From Candidatus Levybacteria bacterium RIFCSPHIGHO2_01_FULL_41_15 (GTDB lineage: Bacteria > Patescibacteriota > Microgenomatia > Levybacterales > UBA12049): 64,000 nucleotides of DNA. The notes under the pieces are model-generated. The model saw only the letters and a program-made list of their open reading frames with translations, ran no database searches and was not told the DNA's origin. Shown here in pieces: positions 28,936-38,744 of the stretch. The stretch is from positions 545 to 64,544 of the forward strand of contig MFNV01000005.1 in NCBI GenBank assembly GCA_001782165.1. Direction: 5' to 3'. The position numbers and the translations under genes were made by a program. The first letter of the stretch is position 1. Every line of letters starts with the position of its first letter.

Positions 28936-29999
28936 AAAGTATGTTTTGAAATATTAAGAAGTATTCCTATTGCCGACAAATCTACTATCAGAGACGATCC
29001 TCCGTAGGAAATAAACGGAAGGGGAATCCCGGTAAGAGGCACCAGGACTGTTTGGGCAGAAAGATTAATTATGGTTTGGACAGAAAGAAAAGTTATTATC
29101 CCGCCTCCCAGAAGTTTTCCAAAATTATCTTTTGTCTTCACCGCTATCAGAAATCCCCTCCACATAACAAAAGCGAAAACAAGAACTATCAAGGTTGCGC
29201 CTATAAAACCGGTTTCCTCGGCAATTATTGCAAAAATTGAGTCTGTGGTTGTTTCGGGAAGATACGCATATTTCTGGATAGAATTGCCAAGACCAACTCC
29301 AAAAAAACCGCCCGAGCCAAGAGCAATAAGAATTTGTTTGACATGATAAGAAGAGGTTTCCGCAGATTGGTTAAAATCCAAAAATGTCTTAAGCCTTTCA
29401 TACCGATAAGGTGATATCTTTATAAAAATAAGAGAAATGATAACAGTAACTGGAATACCTGCAGCAAAATAAAGAAGGTTTCCTCCTGAAAGAAAATAAA
29501 CAATAAGCGCCTCGGAAAGAATTACTAGGGAGGATCCCATATCAGGCTGAAGAATAACAAGAAAGAGAATTAGCCCCACAAGAAGAACAAATGCAGGAAA
29601 CCTCCCTCTTTCTTTATGAGAAAACCAAGAGGCAAGATAGATAGAAAGGGCAAGCTTAGCAAATTCAACCGGCTGGATTATAAAAAGTCTGGCATCTATC
29701 CATCTTTTTGCCCCAAGGGCGTGAACTCCTATTCCCGGAATAAAAACTAAAATAAGAAATACCAAGGCAGAAATAAGAATCGGAAGAGAAAGATTGTAAA
29801 GCTTGCGATAATCAAAATAAGTAAAAAATGTAAGTAAGCCAAATCCGATTGCCACCCAAAAGATCTGTCCTTTTACATAATGAAACTTATCCTGAAAATC
29901 ACGAAAAGCAACATACGAAGAAACATCATATATCATGAAAAGTCCGAAAAGTGTTAAAAATACTACAGAACAAAGAAGGGCAAAGTCGATCTTCCTCAT
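28932..29999 (-). CDS. ftsW: SEDS protein FtsW
   Basis: QPVEFAK, QPDMGS, GLGNSIQK, YLPETTTDSIF; likely start MRKIDF at 29999. Confidence 0.92.
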   Translation of the reverse strand: MRKIDFALLCSVVFLTLFGLFMIYDVSSYVAFRDFQDKFHYVKGQIFWVAIGFGLLTFFTYFDYRKLYNLSLPILISALVFLILVFIPGIGVHALGAKRWIDARLFIIQPVEFAKLALSIYLASWFSHKERGRFPAFVLLVGLILFLVILQPDMGSSLVILSEALIVYFLSGGNLLYFAAGIPVTVIISLIFIKISPYRYERLKTFLDFNQSAETSSYHVKQILIALGSGGFFGVGLGNSIQKYAYLPETTTDSIFAIIAEETGFIGATLIVLVFAFVMWRGFLIAVKTKDNFGKLLGGGIITFLSVQTIINLSAQTVLVPLTGIPLPFISYGGSSLIVDLSAIGILLNISKHTL

Positions 30000-31006
30000 C
30001 TTATGAAGGCGATGTAAAGACCTACAATCGCAAAGAAAAATCCCAAAAGCCATGCTCTCATTACAATCTTGGGCTCATCCCATCCTATTTTTTGAAGATA
30101 AAGATGAAAAGGCGCAACAGGCAGGATTTTTCTGCCAAGAAATCTTTTTCCCAATATCTGAACAAGGGATGACCCTACTTCAATTACAAATACTCCTCCT
30201 ATAAAAGCAAGCACGATAACTTTACCGGTCAAAAGGCCTATTACGGCAAGTCCGGCACCCAAAGAAAGCGACCCAACATCTCCAAGCCAAATCCTTGCCT
30301 TGTAGATATTAAAATAAAGAAAAGAGGCAACGCTCCCCATAAGAACTGCAATAAAAACCCGAAGAGACTGATCAAGCTGATTTTCAGATATTGCCAAAAA
30401 AGCGCCAAGACATATAAGAAGAAGACCCGAGGATAGACCATCCAGACCGTCTGCTATATTAAAAGCATTTGCGAAAGAAACGATAACAAATGCGGCAAAA
30501 GGAATAAAGAGAAGTCCAAGACTAGCCAGTCCTATTCCTCTTATAAAAAGGAAGTCATATCCTAGCTGATAATAAAGAACAGAAGCAATAATAAAGGCAA
30601 GTATCCATTGGATAAGGAATTTGTATCTGAAGCGAAGGCCGAAGAAAGATAATTTCTTGCCGTTCACAAGTTTTTTAAAATCATCATAAAACCCAAGAAG
30701 ACCAAAGGAAATAAAAGTAAAAAGAAGAACAAATACTTCCCATCCGTTGACTTGCGCATTAAAAAGTCCGTAAGCCCAAAGGGAAAGCACAATGGTAACA
30801 ATAACTATCAGAAGTCCCCCTCCAAAGGGAGTCCCCTCCTTCCATGAGTGAAATTTATCAAAATAAGGAGTGGGTTTATCGAAAATATCGACGGTTTTTT
30901 GTTTCTGCCTTCTTATCCTAAGTTTATAAAGAAAATCTATGAAGGGAATTAAAAGTACGAAAGTTATAAACGAGGACAGGATCATAAGCCCTAAGATTTG
31001 TGCCAT
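29996..31006 (-). CDS. mraY: Phospho-MurNAc-pentapeptide transferase
   Basis: KEGTPFGGG, DD, NIADGLDGL, LGDVGS, APFH. Confidence 0.95.
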   Translation of the reverse strand: MAQILGLMILSSFITFVLLIPFIDFLYKLRIRRQKQKTVDIFDKPTPYFDKFHSWKEGTPFGGGLLIVIVTIVLSLWAYGLFNAQVNGWEVFVLLFTFISFGLLGFYDDFKKLVNGKKLSFFGLRFRYKFLIQWILAFIIASVLYYQLGYDFLFIRGIGLASLGLLFIPFAAFVIVSFANAFNIADGLDGLSSGLLLICLGAFLAISENQLDQSLRVFIAVLMGSVASFLYFNIYKARIWLGDVGSLSLGAGLAVIGLLTGKVIVLAFIGGVFVIEVGSSLVQILGKRFLGRKILPVAPFHLYLQKIGWDEPKIVMRAWLLGFFFAIVGLYIAFIR

Positions 31007-31080
31007 GGTGTATATTATACAACTCTAAGATAATTTTATCCAAATTTTCATAAGTAGTAGTTTTATCTAGTTTGTCCGTC

Positions 31081-31109
31081 TTGACACAATAATCCAAATG
31101 CCGTTTAAT
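31081..31109 (+). promoter_or_regulatory. Sigma70 promoter of the TasA/SipW operon
   Basis: TTGACA-17 nt-TTTAAT. Confidence 0.7.
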
Positions 31110-31134
31110 AGATAAACTGTCGACTGCCCACGAC

Positions 31135-31171
31135 AAAATCTCTGTGTTCTGCCCGCCCGGAGAGATTTTTT
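31135..31171 (+). terminator. First leader hairpin with T-tract (putative attenuator)
   Basis: AAAATCTCT...AGAGATTTT followed by further Ts. Confidence 0.55.
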
Positions 31172-31214
31172 AAAAACCAACTTTAAAATACCGGTTTTTG
31201 TAGACAAAGTGTTT

Positions 31215-31231
31215 CTGACCGCAAACGGAGG
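31215..31231 (+). promoter_or_regulatory. 17-nt leader motif CTGACCGCAAACGGAGG, copy 1
   Basis: Identical to 40132-40148 on the minus strand. Confidence 0.85.
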
Positions 31232-31272
31232 AGATATGATTTTCTACTTTACAAATCATTACAAAAATATTC

Positions 31273-31303
31273 AAAAACCCGCCTAGGTAAATGCGGGTTT
31301 TTT
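31273..31303 (+). terminator. Terminator-like hairpin directly upstream of the TasA-like RBS
   Basis: AAAAACCCGC-ctaggtaaat-GCGGGTTTTTT. Confidence 0.7.
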
Positions 31304-31325
31304 AGTGAAGGGAGGTGAAAATAAA

Positions 31326-32111
31326 ATGTTACATTTAATAAATGGAAAAGTTTTGCTATCAGGAGCAACAATTCTGGCAGCTGCTGCTCTGGTGATCGGC
31401 GCCACATTCGCATTCTTCAGCGATTCCGAAATTTCAGAAGACAACACTTTCATAGCAGGTAGCGTTGATCTAAAAGTTGATGATACAGCATCATATCTTG
31501 GTCAACCAGTTTCGGGAAGCACTTGGAACGAAACAGATTTGACAAATGAAAAGTTTTTTAATTTTAACGACATAAAACCAGGTGATTATGGTGAAAATAC
31601 AATCAGTCTTCATGTAGTTGATAATGATGCATGGGTCTGTGCAACCATTAATAATATGGAGGATGAAGAAAATACATTTCTTCAAACAGAACTCGATACA
31701 CAAAATGACGATGGAGTAGCAAGTGGAGAACTTGCAGAAAACTTAAACTTTTTTGCTTGGGCTGATGATGGTGATAATGTCTGGGAATCAGGCGAATTTC
31801 CATTGTTCTCTAACACAATAGGTCCTGCAAGTGATGTCCTTGATGGGGTAATTTATTCTTTGGCTGACTCAACTACCGATGGTGGGCCATTCATTGAAAG
31901 CCAAACTAAATTCATCGGTTTAGCATGGTGTGCAGGAACTCTGACAAATCCTGGTAACGAATTAGGCAATATGACTGGAAATACTGGCTTGAATTGTGAC
32001 GGTAGCTCTTTGGGGAACGAAGCCCAAACTGATTCTGTTACCGCTGATATTACTTTTACAGCAGTGCAACACAGAAATAACCCAGATTTCAGTTGTCAGT
32101 CACTAGATTAA
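31326..32111 (+). CDS. TasA/camelysin-like protein with SipW-cognate signal peptide
   Basis: GATFAFFSDSE...NTFIAGSVDL, IKPGD, FTAVQ; strong SD GGGAGGTGA before the ATG at 31326. Confidence 0.85.
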   Translation: MLHLINGKVLLSGATILAAAALVIGATFAFFSDSEISEDNTFIAGSVDLKVDDTASYLGQPVSGSTWNETDLTNEKFFNFNDIKPGDYGENTISLHVVDNDAWVCATINNMEDEENTFLQTELDTQNDDGVASGELAENLNFFAWADDGDNVWESGEFPLFSNTIGPASDVLDGVIYSLADSTTDGGPFIESQTKFIGLAWCAGTLTNPGNELGNMTGNTGLNCDGSSLGNEAQTDSVTADITFTAVQHRNNPDFSCQSLD

Positions 32112-32125
32112 TAGAAAATTTTAAA

Positions 32126-32163
32126 AGGGTGGGGAAGAAGCGATTTGGAAACTTTCCCGCCCT
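32126..32163 (+). other. Stem-loop after the TasA-like gene (stabiliser or partial terminator)
   Basis: AGGGTGGGGAAG / CTTTCCCGCCCT. Confidence 0.55.
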
Positions 32164-32227
32164 GGGGACTTAGGCAGATAAAATATTAAATTTTAAAAAT
32201 AAAAAATCAATTCTCTTGGGAGGATTT

Positions 32228-33262
32228 ATGAGGAGTGTATTTAAATTATTAAATATAGTTATAGCAGGAGTGCTCATATTCATAGCGATTGGAGTTGCTT
32301 TTATTGCATTTCCGCAATTTGGAAATCAGGCTTTAATTGTCCGCTCAGGCTCAATGAGTCCCACGATAGATGTTGGATCGGTAGCAGTTATTAAAAAAAC
32401 TGACAGTAATACTTATAAAACAGGAGACGTTATCGCATTCAGATCTGAAAAAAATAAAGAAACAATCACAACTCATAGAGTAGTAGATGCGGTTATTGAA
32501 GGGAATCAAATATTTTATAGAACTCAGGGTGATGCGAATGATGATCCAGATGCAGGACTTGTTAGGCCCGGAAACATTTTGGGAAAAACATACATAGTAA
32601 TTCCTTATGTAGGACAAGTCCTTGCTTTTGCAAAATCAGACATAGGGTTTCCAGCACTCATTATATTTCCGGCAGTTTTTGTAATACTAATTGAAGTTTG
32701 GTCTATCATTAAAGAGGTTCGCAAGAGAAAGGAGCTGAGGGATAGCCTCGGGTTTGTAAATTATGATTTAAAAAGAAGTCATACAAAAAATTTATTTACA
32801 TTAAAATTATTAATTCCCCTTCTTGTTATAAGTCTTTTTATCCCAAGCACATTTGCCTTTTTCAGCGATTCAGAAACATCAACTGGTAACACCTTTACGG
32901 CAGCAGCAAGCTTTCCGCAGACAAGTAACTTATTCGTAAGCAACGGATACACCTGTTCAGGAGGAGCATCAGATACATCTGTCAGCAAAGGTACAGTCAC
33001 AATTGCTAAAACATCCGATCTTAAGATATCCGTTACTTTGGTGGGAACCATTCCAAATACTTCATATGATTTGTGGGTAAACCAAGATCCTGGTGCTTGC
33101 CCACTTTCCTCGCCTACAGTTTCTGGTTTTATCACAACAGATGGAAGCGGAAATGGATCTAATACATTAAATAATCACACGCTAGTTAGTTCTACAATAA
33201 ATTTTTGGGTAAGTATGGTTGGGGGCTCAGATGTATTGCGAAGTGCAGCTGTAAGTTTTTGA
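32228..33262 (+). CDS. sipW: SipW-type (ER-type, S26B) signal peptidase fused to a C-terminal SipW-substrate domain
   Basis: SGSMSP, ITTHRV, TQGDAN; after the TM, a second signal STFAFFSDSETSTGNTFTA and a ~120-aa beta-rich domain. Confidence 0.85.
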   Translation: MRSVFKLLNIVIAGVLIFIAIGVAFIAFPQFGNQALIVRSGSMSPTIDVGSVAVIKKTDSNTYKTGDVIAFRSEKNKETITTHRVVDAVIEGNQIFYRTQGDANDDPDAGLVRPGNILGKTYIVIPYVGQVLAFAKSDIGFPALIIFPAVFVILIEVWSIIKEVRKRKELRDSLGFVNYDLKRSHTKNLFTLKLLIPLLVISLFIPSTFAFFSDSETSTGNTFTAAASFPQTSNLFVSNGYTCSGGASDTSVSKGTVTIAKTSDLKISVTLVGTIPNTSYDLWVNQDPGACPLSSPTVSGFITTDGSGNGSNTLNNHTLVSSTINFWVSMVGGSDVLRSAAVSF

Positions 33263-33263
33263 T

Positions 33264-34322
33264 ATGAAAAAGGGGATTTTGACATTATTATCGTTAATTT
33301 TGATTGTTGCCGTTGTTATCAGTTTCAACGTTTTGGGTTTGTTTGAAAAAAAAACAGTTTATGCCGTAGGAGACTTAACTGTTATTTGGCAGACTGATCC
33401 TTTGTTTAATGAAAGCAATATTCTTCCTGGATTTTCGCAAACTAAAACAGTAAATGTTGCAAATGGCGCTCCAACGCAACGCCCTATTGGTGCTCGCGGA
33501 GATCTTACGTCAGATCCGGGAAACATGGACAGTGTTTTGAATATAGAAATTAAGGAAGGCGCGACTGTTTTATATTCCAATACTCTTGAGAATTTTTTCC
33601 TAGATTCCGCAGGCCCCGATGGCATTCCCCTATCGACTTTAGGATCAGGAGCAAATACCACTTATGATTTCACTGTTACATTTGATGAGGCTTCGGGGAA
33701 TGAGTTTCAAAATCAGACAATAATATTTGATCTTACGATTGGTATTTCTTTTGTTCTGCCAACAACCTGCGAAAATATTAACTTTCCAAATCCACCCATT
33801 TTTGGAACGGCAGGAAACGATAATATTTCAGGAACCGTACGAAACGATTTGATAATCACTTTTGAAGGAGTCGATAGGATTTCATCTGGAGTTGGAAATG
33901 ATTGTATTGTTACCTCTGGCGGAGGAAATGACAAGGTCACAACAGGGGTTGGAAATGACGTAGTTGTAACAACAGATGGAGATGATGATATAAATTCCGG
34001 AGTTGGAAATGACACTATTGATGCAGGAAATGGAAATAATAAAGTTAACGCAGGAGTTGGAAATGACAAGGTCACAACAGGGTCCGGCAGTGATGATATT
34101 CATCTGGGAGTGGGAAACGACAGCGCAAGCGCCGGCGGAGGAAATGACAAAGTGGTGGGAGGAACCGGCAATGACATAGTTGATGGAGAAGAAGGAGATG
34201 ATGATCTTGCGGGAGGGGTAGGAAACGATAATTTAGTGGGAGGATTAGGAGTGGATAAGGTAAATGGAAATATAGGAATAGATACTTGCGATGCCGAATC
34301 GGAAACAAATTGTGAAATATGA
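33264..34322 (+). CDS. Secreted protein: camelysin-like N-domain plus RTX-type Ca-binding repeats
   Basis: Signal peptide, NILPG...GNEFQ domain, many GxGND nonapeptides. Confidence 0.75.
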   Translation: MKKGILTLLSLILIVAVVISFNVLGLFEKKTVYAVGDLTVIWQTDPLFNESNILPGFSQTKTVNVANGAPTQRPIGARGDLTSDPGNMDSVLNIEIKEGATVLYSNTLENFFLDSAGPDGIPLSTLGSGANTTYDFTVTFDEASGNEFQNQTIIFDLTIGISFVLPTTCENINFPNPPIFGTAGNDNISGTVRNDLIITFEGVDRISSGVGNDCIVTSGGGNDKVTTGVGNDVVVTTDGDDDINSGVGNDTIDAGNGNNKVNAGVGNDKVTTGSGSDDIHLGVGNDSASAGGGNDKVVGGTGNDIVDGEEGDDDLAGGVGNDNLVGGLGVDKVNGNIGIDTCDAESETNCEI

Positions 34323-34390
34323 TTTTAATTAAATGTAAAAGTGGAACCATCCTTCACTAAAGTTTTTGATGGCGAAGGGAGGTGAAAAAA

Positions 34391-34744
34391 ATGGAGGTTA
34401 AAAAGAAAATTGCAGCTGCCATAATTTCAGGTTCTCTTATTGCAGGAGCAATTCTGCCTGTTGCTGCTTTTGCAGATCAGACGTGCACTATAAGAAATAA
34501 CGGCAACAACTCAACAAATAGATGCAGAATAAAGGTTGAAAGAAGAGTTACGGTAGATCAGAGAAATACTGCTACGGTGAGAACCAGAGTTATAGTTGTT
34601 CAAAATACAGGTTTAAATGATGCGAACAACAATACGACAAACGGCGGAGATGTCACTGTTGACACGGGAAACACAACTTCTACAATCACGATAACCGTTT
34701 CCGGAAACACCAATACTGCGGTTCCGCCTGATCCAGGTCCATAG
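34391..34744 (+). CDS. Small secreted protein with one 'NTGxNxAxxNT..DTGN' repeat unit
   Basis: Signal peptide ending AFA; same repeat as the 38745 protein; SD GGGAGGTGA. Confidence 0.8.
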   Translation: MEVKKKIAAAIISGSLIAGAILPVAAFADQTCTIRNNGNNSTNRCRIKVERRVTVDQRNTATVRTRVIVVQNTGLNDANNNTTNGGDVTVDTGNTTSTITITVSGNTNTAVPPDPGP

Positions 34745-34766
34745 AATAGGATTTAAAGCTGTTCTA

Positions 34767-34795
34767 AAACTGCCCCGCTTTTTGCGGGGTAGTTT
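34767..34795. terminator. Bidirectional terminator between the two convergent operons
   Basis: AAACTGCCCCGC-ttttt-GCGGGGTAGTTT. Confidence 0.7.
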
Positions 34796-35342
34796 ATTCT
34801 GTGGGTTTGGCAAAGACAAGAAGTCTTTGAAGAGATGTTCCTATGGGAACACAGGTCTGAAGTATTAACTGATCTTTCTTATTGTCTAATAAATAATCAA
34901 CCTCATTGGGCCAAACAGTTTTGGTTTCAAAAACCTCATATTGAAAACTTTTGCCGTTTCTTACTATATTAATCCTATCTCCTTTTCTAAGCTCTGGTAA
35001 TCTAAAAAATGCCTTATTATACCTTGTTATTCTCCAGGGAAGATCAGATGAGTGAGCAAATAGAAAGCTCGTTCCTTTTTCTCCCGGCAAAGATGTACCT
35101 TTTGCATGGGCGATCCCTTTCTCGAGTTTTTTCCTGTATTCTTTTTCATTAAATGGATCAACATTCTCCAAAACATTGTATCTGGCTTTGATTTGGGGAA
35201 TTTCGATGTAAAAAGAACTTACTGTTTTTGTTTCATAAGAAGGACTAAGATATAAAGCGATAATCGGATAATAAATGAATGCCAGTAATAAAAGAGAAAA
35301 CGCCATTAAGGCGTTTCCAATAAACTTTCTATATGGTTGCAT
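34794..35342 (-). CDS. Sortase (class D/E-like)
   Basis: N-terminal TM, FAHSS (His), LILQTC (Cys), QRLLV (Arg); likely start at 35342. Confidence 0.9.
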   Translation of the reverse strand: MQPYRKFIGNALMAFSLLLLAFIYYPIIALYLSPSYETKTVSSFYIEIPQIKARYNVLENVDPFNEKEYRKKLEKGIAHAKGTSLPGEKGTSFLFAHSSDLPWRITRYNKAFFRLPELRKGDRINIVRNGKSFQYEVFETKTVWPNEVDYLLDNKKDQLILQTCVPIGTSLQRLLVFAKPTE

Positions 35343-36465
35343 AAAGAGGTGGGGATGGATCTGAACCAAAGCGCAAATACCATCCCGCAAGAAGCATTGT
35401 AAGACACAAAAGTGTCATTAGCAACAGCCAGTAATTACCTGTTACAGGGAGAACTCCTCCGATTGCCGCTCCCAAAACTTGTCCTGCTCCCTCAGAAACT
35501 TTGCCATCTCCGCCTCCTGAAGGAGACGGGGCACCTGGCGGCTGTACCGAAGGTCCTGGCGGACCTCCTGGTCCCGGTCCTGGCCCTCCCCCCGGAGGTG
35601 GAACAATCTCTTTCTCGCAACATAATTTAGCAAAAGATCCGTTAATATCTTCATTACCTATCTCTATGACACTTACAATATCCCCCGTAACAATAAGAAC
35701 TGCTCCGTTATTACCGTCTGCAGTATTTCTTCCCGTATTTGCGTTATTGACAGCATTATTATATATATAGGCAAAATTATTGTTATCATAATTCAAGTTG
35801 TTATCAAGCGAGAAATTGACAGAGTTTATTGACCCGTCGGCATTATTTAAAATACTAATATTTGTAGAATTCTGAGGGAATCCGTATTCAGCAAAACCAA
35901 AATTTATTTTTTTGTTTTTTATTATAGTTGCCAAAGTTATATTTCCGGTATCAATAGCAACATCTCCATTGTTATTGTTAGCCTGATTCTCTCCGGTGTT
36001 TGCATTGTTATATGCATTATTAACAATTACTGCCGAGTTGGACTGCGTAACATCAACATCATTTAAAATATCCAGATTAATACTGTTCGTTGAATCCGAA
36101 CCATTATTTTTTATATCAACAGACGTCTGGGATTCGCATTGCCCGCAAGGATCTTGCGCAAAGTTTGTATTAATATTTTCATTTGTAATTGAAGAGGTGC
36201 TTTCTATGTTTCCTGTGGTAATGTTTGCATCGCCGTTGTTTGAAGAAGTGGAATTTTCTCCCGTATTTGCATTTGTTTCTACATTATTATCTATTTCGGC
36301 ATTATTTGTCTGCTCAACAGTTGATGAAGAAGTATTGTTAATCTGAACATTGTTACTCGATCCTGCGCCGTTATTTGATACGGTAATGTCTTCTGCGAAA
36401 ACACCGGATACTGCAAACAGACCGGCCATCAAAAGTATCAAGGATGAAAATATTTTCCTTATCAT
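35329..36465 (-). CDS. Asn-rich repeat surface protein with LPVTG sortase signal
   Basis: Signal peptide, about 3 NTGxN repeat units, Pro/Gly linker, LPVTG, TM, YLR; start MIRKIF at 36465 with SD GGAGG and ATGA overlap. Confidence 0.85.
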   Translation of the reverse strand: MIRKIFSSLILLMAGLFAVSGVFAEDITVSNNGAGSSNNVQINNTSSSTVEQTNNAEIDNNVETNANTGENSTSSNNGDANITTGNIESTSSITNENINTNFAQDPCGQCESQTSVDIKNNGSDSTNSINLDILNDVDVTQSNSAVIVNNAYNNANTGENQANNNNGDVAIDTGNITLATIIKNKKINFGFAEYGFPQNSTNISILNNADGSINSVNFSLDNNLNYDNNNFAYIYNNAVNNANTGRNTADGNNGAVLIVTGDIVSVIEIGNEDINGSFAKLCCEKEIVPPPGGGPGPGPGGPPGPSVQPPGAPSPSGGGDGKVSEGAGQVLGAAIGGVLPVTGNYWLLLMTLLCLTMLLAGWYLRFGSDPSPPLYATI

Positions 36466-38618
36466 TTGATAATCCTCCCCATAAGTATTAATGCTTTTTT
36501 TCTTAAAATAAATCCTATTCCTAAGACCGGCAGTGCCAAAAACGCCCACGCCAGATTGATATCCACTTTCTTTTTAGAATTATCTTTCTCGGAACTATTT
36601 ACGCCTAACGTTTGGGTGTCTTGAGAATCTTGAGATGGTCCCGAAGCAGCTGCAAAAAGATTTCCGGCAGTCGCACCGGCCAAAACTCCGCCGACAAACG
36701 GAACTGAGTTTCCTGAAATTGCGGAATTTCCCGATCCTCCTCCCCCACCCGGAGAAGAAGATGGAGGATTAGAATCATTGCTTGGTAAACTTTCCGACTG
36801 AGGTGGCCCTCCTACCCCCGCTATATTATCATCATTGTCTTTTTGTGCTCCGGGTGTTACAAAATCCCCCATCCAGCTTCCGAAAACATTTACGAAAGTA
36901 ACGAGAAGTCTTCCTCCTACAATATTGTTGTTTACAAAATTAACTAAGTTTACAATTACTTTTGCATCCCCTGTTGTAATGTAACTGTCTCCTCCAGTAT
37001 TGTCATTTGCCGAATTTTTCCCTGTATTTGCTGATAAATATATATTGTTATTTACATCTGCATTATTTGTCTGATCTATGTGCTCTTTTGTACTTTGATA
37101 AACTTTTGCATCGTTGGTTGACTCGGAACCATTATTTGAATTAATTGCCGTTATTTCTCCATTTTCATCAACTGCAAATTCTGTTCCCTGTGATCCTGCA
37201 AACATTGCACCCTGTGGCGCTCCTACAATCTGCCCTATCCACTGCCCAGCTCTATTTATAATTACAAGCCACCAATTCCCGCCGACTATATTATTGTTTA
37301 CTATGTTTAATACCTGCGCAGTTACATCGGCATTCCCCGTTGTTATATAACTATCCCCGCCTGTATTTCCGGATGCTGAGTTTCCGCCCGTGTTTGCGGT
37401 CAATATCAGATTATTATCTATATCCGCAACATTTACTTGGTTAATTGTATCTATAACTATTTGATCCGAAGAAACATTATTGTCAGAATTTGAACCGTTT
37501 CCAGAGTTTATCAAAGTAGTGTCCCCTCCGCATGTCGCGCAAGCAAATGCAGATAGAGCCGACTCAGAAAGAATAATGTCTCCAATTAAGTCTCCGAAGA
37601 TATTAACAACCCCAAGTATTACATTTCCGGCAAGGTTATTATTTAAAAGTGTCAGAACATTTCCTGTAACTGATGCATCACCTGTTGTGACATATGAATC
37701 CCCACCTGTGTTACCTGACGCAGCGTTGTCTCCCGAGTCAGCCGTTAAGTAAAGATCATTGTTAACTGTACCATTATTAGCTTGATTCGTTGTGTTAGTG
37801 GTGTCTGAGTTTATAGTGGCATCATTATCAGAATTAGAACCATTATTGGAGTTTTGAGCAAGACCTGTAAATCCGTCGCATCCCGATACGCAACCGGCTC
37901 CAAAATCAAGTATGTAATCACCGGTGTGATCATCTACTATGTTAAACTCCGCGACTGTAACCCCATCGATGTTCGTATTGGCGGAGGTTATTATAGTCCC
38001 CGTTGTTGAAGCATCTCCCGTATTGATAAAGGAATCCCCTACATTATCAGACGCTGAATTTTGCCCTGAAACACTTGCTCCCGTAAGTCCATTTTGAATA
38101 CCCGCACTGTTTGATTGATCAGTTGTGCTGGTATCGGTAACTGTTGCAGAACTAGTGTTCGTGGATCCCGAACCATTTCCATCATTTACTATTCCGATTC
38201 CACCACTGGCGCAGCAGTCATCATTCCCTGCAAGATTTGAATTAGCAGTGGTGAAAATATTTCCATCACTATTTGCATCTCCGGTATCTATAAATGTGTC
38301 TCCAACATTACCATCTGATGATGTACCCCTGGAAACATCTGCCTCAGGATTACCTTCAGTGGATACGACGGGGTCATCCGGATTGCTATCGCTTTCCGGA
38401 ATTTCAGGAATTTCTTCCACCTCATTATTGCTACTGTTTTCCTCGGGTTGTTGCGGAGCTTCCTCAGGCACAGTTGCTGGGATTTCTTCGGTTTCATTTA
38501 TCTCCTCAACCTCCGCCGCTTCCGGGGCTTCAGAAGCCTCTGCAAAAACAGAAGAAGCTCCACCTAAGACAAGGTACAGTACCAAAAATATTGCCAGTAG
38601 TTTCCTTAAATTACTCAT
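36462..38618 (-). CDS. Large Asn/Gly/Thr-repeat surface protein with C-terminal membrane anchor
   Basis: Signal peptide, acidic linker, about 5 'NGSxSxN...TGxNxAxxNTGGDSxIxTGDA' units, C-terminal TM plus RKK. Confidence 0.85.
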   Translation of the reverse strand: MSNLRKLLAIFLVLYLVLGGASSVFAEASEAPEAAEVEEINETEEIPATVPEEAPQQPEENSSNNEVEEIPEIPESDSNPDDPVVSTEGNPEADVSRGTSSDGNVGDTFIDTGDANSDGNIFTTANSNLAGNDDCCASGGIGIVNDGNGSGSTNTSSATVTDTSTTDQSNSAGIQNGLTGASVSGQNSASDNVGDSFINTGDASTTGTIITSANTNIDGVTVAEFNIVDDHTGDYILDFGAGCVSGCDGFTGLAQNSNNGSNSDNDATINSDTTNTTNQANNGTVNNDLYLTADSGDNAASGNTGGDSYVTTGDASVTGNVLTLLNNNLAGNVILGVVNIFGDLIGDIILSESALSAFACATCGGDTTLINSGNGSNSDNNVSSDQIVIDTINQVNVADIDNNLILTANTGGNSASGNTGGDSYITTGNADVTAQVLNIVNNNIVGGNWWLVIINRAGQWIGQIVGAPQGAMFAGSQGTEFAVDENGEITAINSNNGSESTNDAKVYQSTKEHIDQTNNADVNNNIYLSANTGKNSANDNTGGDSYITTGDAKVIVNLVNFVNNNIVGGRLLVTFVNVFGSWMGDFVTPGAQKDNDDNIAGVGGPPQSESLPSNDSNPPSSSPGGGGGSGNSAISGNSVPFVGGVLAGATAGNLFAAASGPSQDSQDTQTLGVNSSEKDNSKKKVDINLAWAFLALPVLGIGFILRKKALILMGRIIK

Positions 38619-38680
38619 AATTTCTAAAGTTTAAAATCTGCTATTTAACTTTTTAAATCTCAAATTTTAAATTTCGGTGC

Positions 38681-38737
38681 TTCTGTTTTGTAGGGTATCC
38701 TCCCGAAGTGCCAGGGAGGACTACCCTACAAACAGAA
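38681..38737. other. Long inverted repeat after the 38745 gene (stabiliser or terminator)
   Basis: TTCTGTTT..GTAGGGTA.TCCTCCC / GGGAGGA.TACCCTAC.AAACAGAA. Confidence 0.75.
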
Positions 38738-38744
38738 TTACATT

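Noticed and set aside
31116-31303. Known riboswitch (c-di-GMP-I or ZTP) in the TasA leader
   Set aside because: Only fragments resemble them (GCAAA, GCCCGCC); the full conserved architecture was not found by eye. An Rfam scan would settle it.
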